27,333 bases of DNA from Candidatus Eiseniibacteriota bacterium. GTDB lineage: Bacteria; Eisenbacteria; RBG-16-71-46. Every line of letters begins with the position of its first letter. Within the stretch, counting starts at the first letter, position 1. Shown here one piece after another: positions 26,088 to 27,333 of this stretch. The stretch spans positions 1-27,333 of the forward strand of contig JBGAOA010000057.1 in the NCBI GenBank assembly GCA_044222065.1. Direction: 5' to 3'. Below the pieces are notes generated by a model that saw only the letters and a list, made by a program, of their open reading frames with translations, was not told the DNA's origin and made no database searches. Both the position numbers and the translations under genes were made by a program.

Positions 26088-26533
26088 GGGCGGGTTCGCG
26101 GCGCCGGCGTTCGCGGACGGCGCCTGCGCGTGCGCGGACCCGGCCGCGAGCGCGAGCGTCGCCGCGAGCGCGAGCGCAGGCAGCCACGCGCGCAGCGCCG
26201 CGGGCAGCGACGCGCGCCAGCCGCGGCGGACGGCGCCGACGGCGGGCCGGCGGGCGCGTTCTTGAGCGCGCGCTCGCGCTCGTCGTCGTCGAGCTCGCCG
26301 AGCAGCGCGAGCCCCGCGTCGGCCATGCCGACGACGAGCACGCGCGCGCCGAGCTGGACGAGCGCGACGCGATGGCGCGGTCCGAGGTCCACGCGCTGCA
26401 GCACGCGCAGCCGGGGCCCGAGGCCGGCCGGGGCCGCGAGCTGGAGCCGCCGCAGCACGACGACGGCGAGGCCGAGCAGTCCGAGCGTCGCGGCGAGCGC
26501 GCCCGCGAACTGGAGTCCGTGGCCGAGCGTCAC
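26084..26533 (-). CDS. fliO: Flagellar biosynthesis protein FliO (C-terminus uncertain)
   Basis: GTG 26533 overlaps the fliN stop. TM segment then LRVLQRVDLGPRHRVALVQLGARVLVVGM...LALLGEL. The Arg-rich tail downstream of about 26240 looks off-frame. Confidence 0.82.
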   Translation of the reverse strand: MTLGHGLQFAGALAATLGLLGLAVVVLRRLQLAAPAGLGPRLRVLQRVDLGPRHRVALVQLGARVLVVGMADAGLALLGELDDDERERALKNAPAGPPSAPSAAAGARRCPRRCARGCLRSRSRRRSRSRPGPRTRRRRPRTPAPRTRP

Positions 26534-26832
26534 GCCTCGCCCTCCGACGGGGCCGCGGGCACGAGCTTCGTGATGCGCACGCCGAGCCGGTCGCCGACGA
26601 CGACGACCTCGCCGAGCGCGAACCGCCGCTCGCCGACGAGCACGTCCACCGGCTCGCCGACGCCGCGGTCGAGCGTGAGCACGGCGCCCGGCGCGAGCTG
26701 AAGCAGGTCGTCCACCGTGCGCTGCGTGCGGCCGATCTCGATCGCCACGGGCAGCGTCACGTCGAGCAGCGCCTCGAGCGAAGCGGGTGCGGCCGCGGTG
26801 TCCGGCGCGTTCGCGGATTCCAACGGGGTCAT
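26530..26832 (-). CDS. fliN: Flagellar motor switch protein FliN
   Basis: SPOA domain LEALLDVTLPVAIEIGRT...LLQLAPGAVLTLDRGVGEPVDVLV...GEVVVVGDRLGVRIT. Confidence 0.93.
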   Translation of the reverse strand: MTPLESANAPDTAAAPASLEALLDVTLPVAIEIGRTQRTVDDLLQLAPGAVLTLDRGVGEPVDVLVGERRFALGEVVVVGDRLGVRITKLVPAAPSEGEA

Positions 26833-27333
26833 GCGTCCTCCTGGTGGCCCGCACGCGCGGCGCGCGGGGGAACGAGTGAACGGACGATGCGCAGGGCGAG
26901 CCGGCCGTTCGACTCGCCGATCGCGGCGAGGTAACGGGGCCGGCCGTTGACGAGCAGTTCCACGGCGTCCTCGGGTCCGGCGGGCAGCGGCAGCAGCGAG
27001 CCGGGCGCGAGCCCGACGAGCGTGCGCGCGGCGAGTCGCAACGCCGGCCAGCGCACGGCGAGCTCGACGCGCGCGCGCCGCAGCGTCGCGGCGGTGTGAG
27101 CGCGAGTCGGCGACGGGCGCGGCGCCTCGAGCGCAGCGTCGCCGCGCGACTCGACGACCTCGACCGGCAGAACGAGCGTCGCGACGCCCGGCACGTCGAG
27201 GCCCGAGAACGCGAACTCGACGGCGTAACGCTGCGTGCCGGACGCGAGGCCGGGCACGAGCGCGGGATCCGAGGCGAATTCGAGCGCGCCGGGCGCGACC
27301 GGCGCCGCGGGCGACAGCGCCGCGCGCACAGGC
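26829..27333 (-). CDS. fliM: Flagellar motor switch protein FliM-like, C-terminal part (5' truncated by window edge)
   Basis: C-terminal SPOA-like segment LVGLAPGSLLPL...VELLVNGRPRYLAAIGESNGRLALRIV. Its stop overlaps the fliN ATG. Divergent sequence. Confidence 0.7.
   Translation of the reverse strand, partial: PVRAALSPAAPVAPGALEFASDPALVPGLASGTQRYAVEFAFSGLDVPGVATLVLPVEVVESRGDAALEAPRPSPTRAHTAATLRRARVELAVRWPALRLAARTLVGLAPGSLLPLPAGPEDAVELLVNGRPRYLAAIGESNGRLALRIVRSLVPPRAARAGHQEDA

Noticed and set aside
1..27333. CRISPR arrays, tRNA/rRNA genes, IS elements, integrases, riboswitches
   Set aside because: No spaced direct repeats, RNA gene signatures or transposase/integrase motifs were seen. The intergenic gaps (1846-2086, 11451-11710) showed no recognisable structured-RNA motif by eye; an Rfam/Infernal scan would be needed to exclude one.

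Overview
Very GC-rich bacterial window (roughly 70-75% GC by eye). The right 60% (11.7-27.3 kb, minus strand) is the distal part of a flagellar operon: fliM(partial)-fliN-fliO/fliP-fliQ-fliR-flhB-flhA-flhF-flhG-fliA-(SwrB/DUF6115-like membrane protein), then a sigma54-type promoter and flgF-flgG-flgA-flgH-flgI-flgJ-flgN-flgK, with no flgM or flgL at their usual positions. The left part holds GTP-dependent PEP carboxykinase, a secreted beta-propeller protein whose likely true C-terminus is WGRIKSLYR, and an unusual 8.3-kb module of three transcription units: [GspE/PilB-like ATPase - HDOD], divergent [HDOD - soluble transhydrogenase SthA], and [motA - motB - degenerate HD-GYP protein]. Each unit is preceded by the same motif, CTCAAG-N14-YCCGAWRC, which matches a sigma28 (FliA) promoter. 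This suggests that an orphan secretion ATPase, two degenerate HDOD proteins and a transhydrogenase are co-regulated with the stator as a late flagellar accessory system, and this is the main candidate novel system. About five apparent small indels (propeller C-terminus, flgH, flgA, flhA N-terminus, fliO/fliP junction) look like sequencing or assembly errors rather than gene decay.
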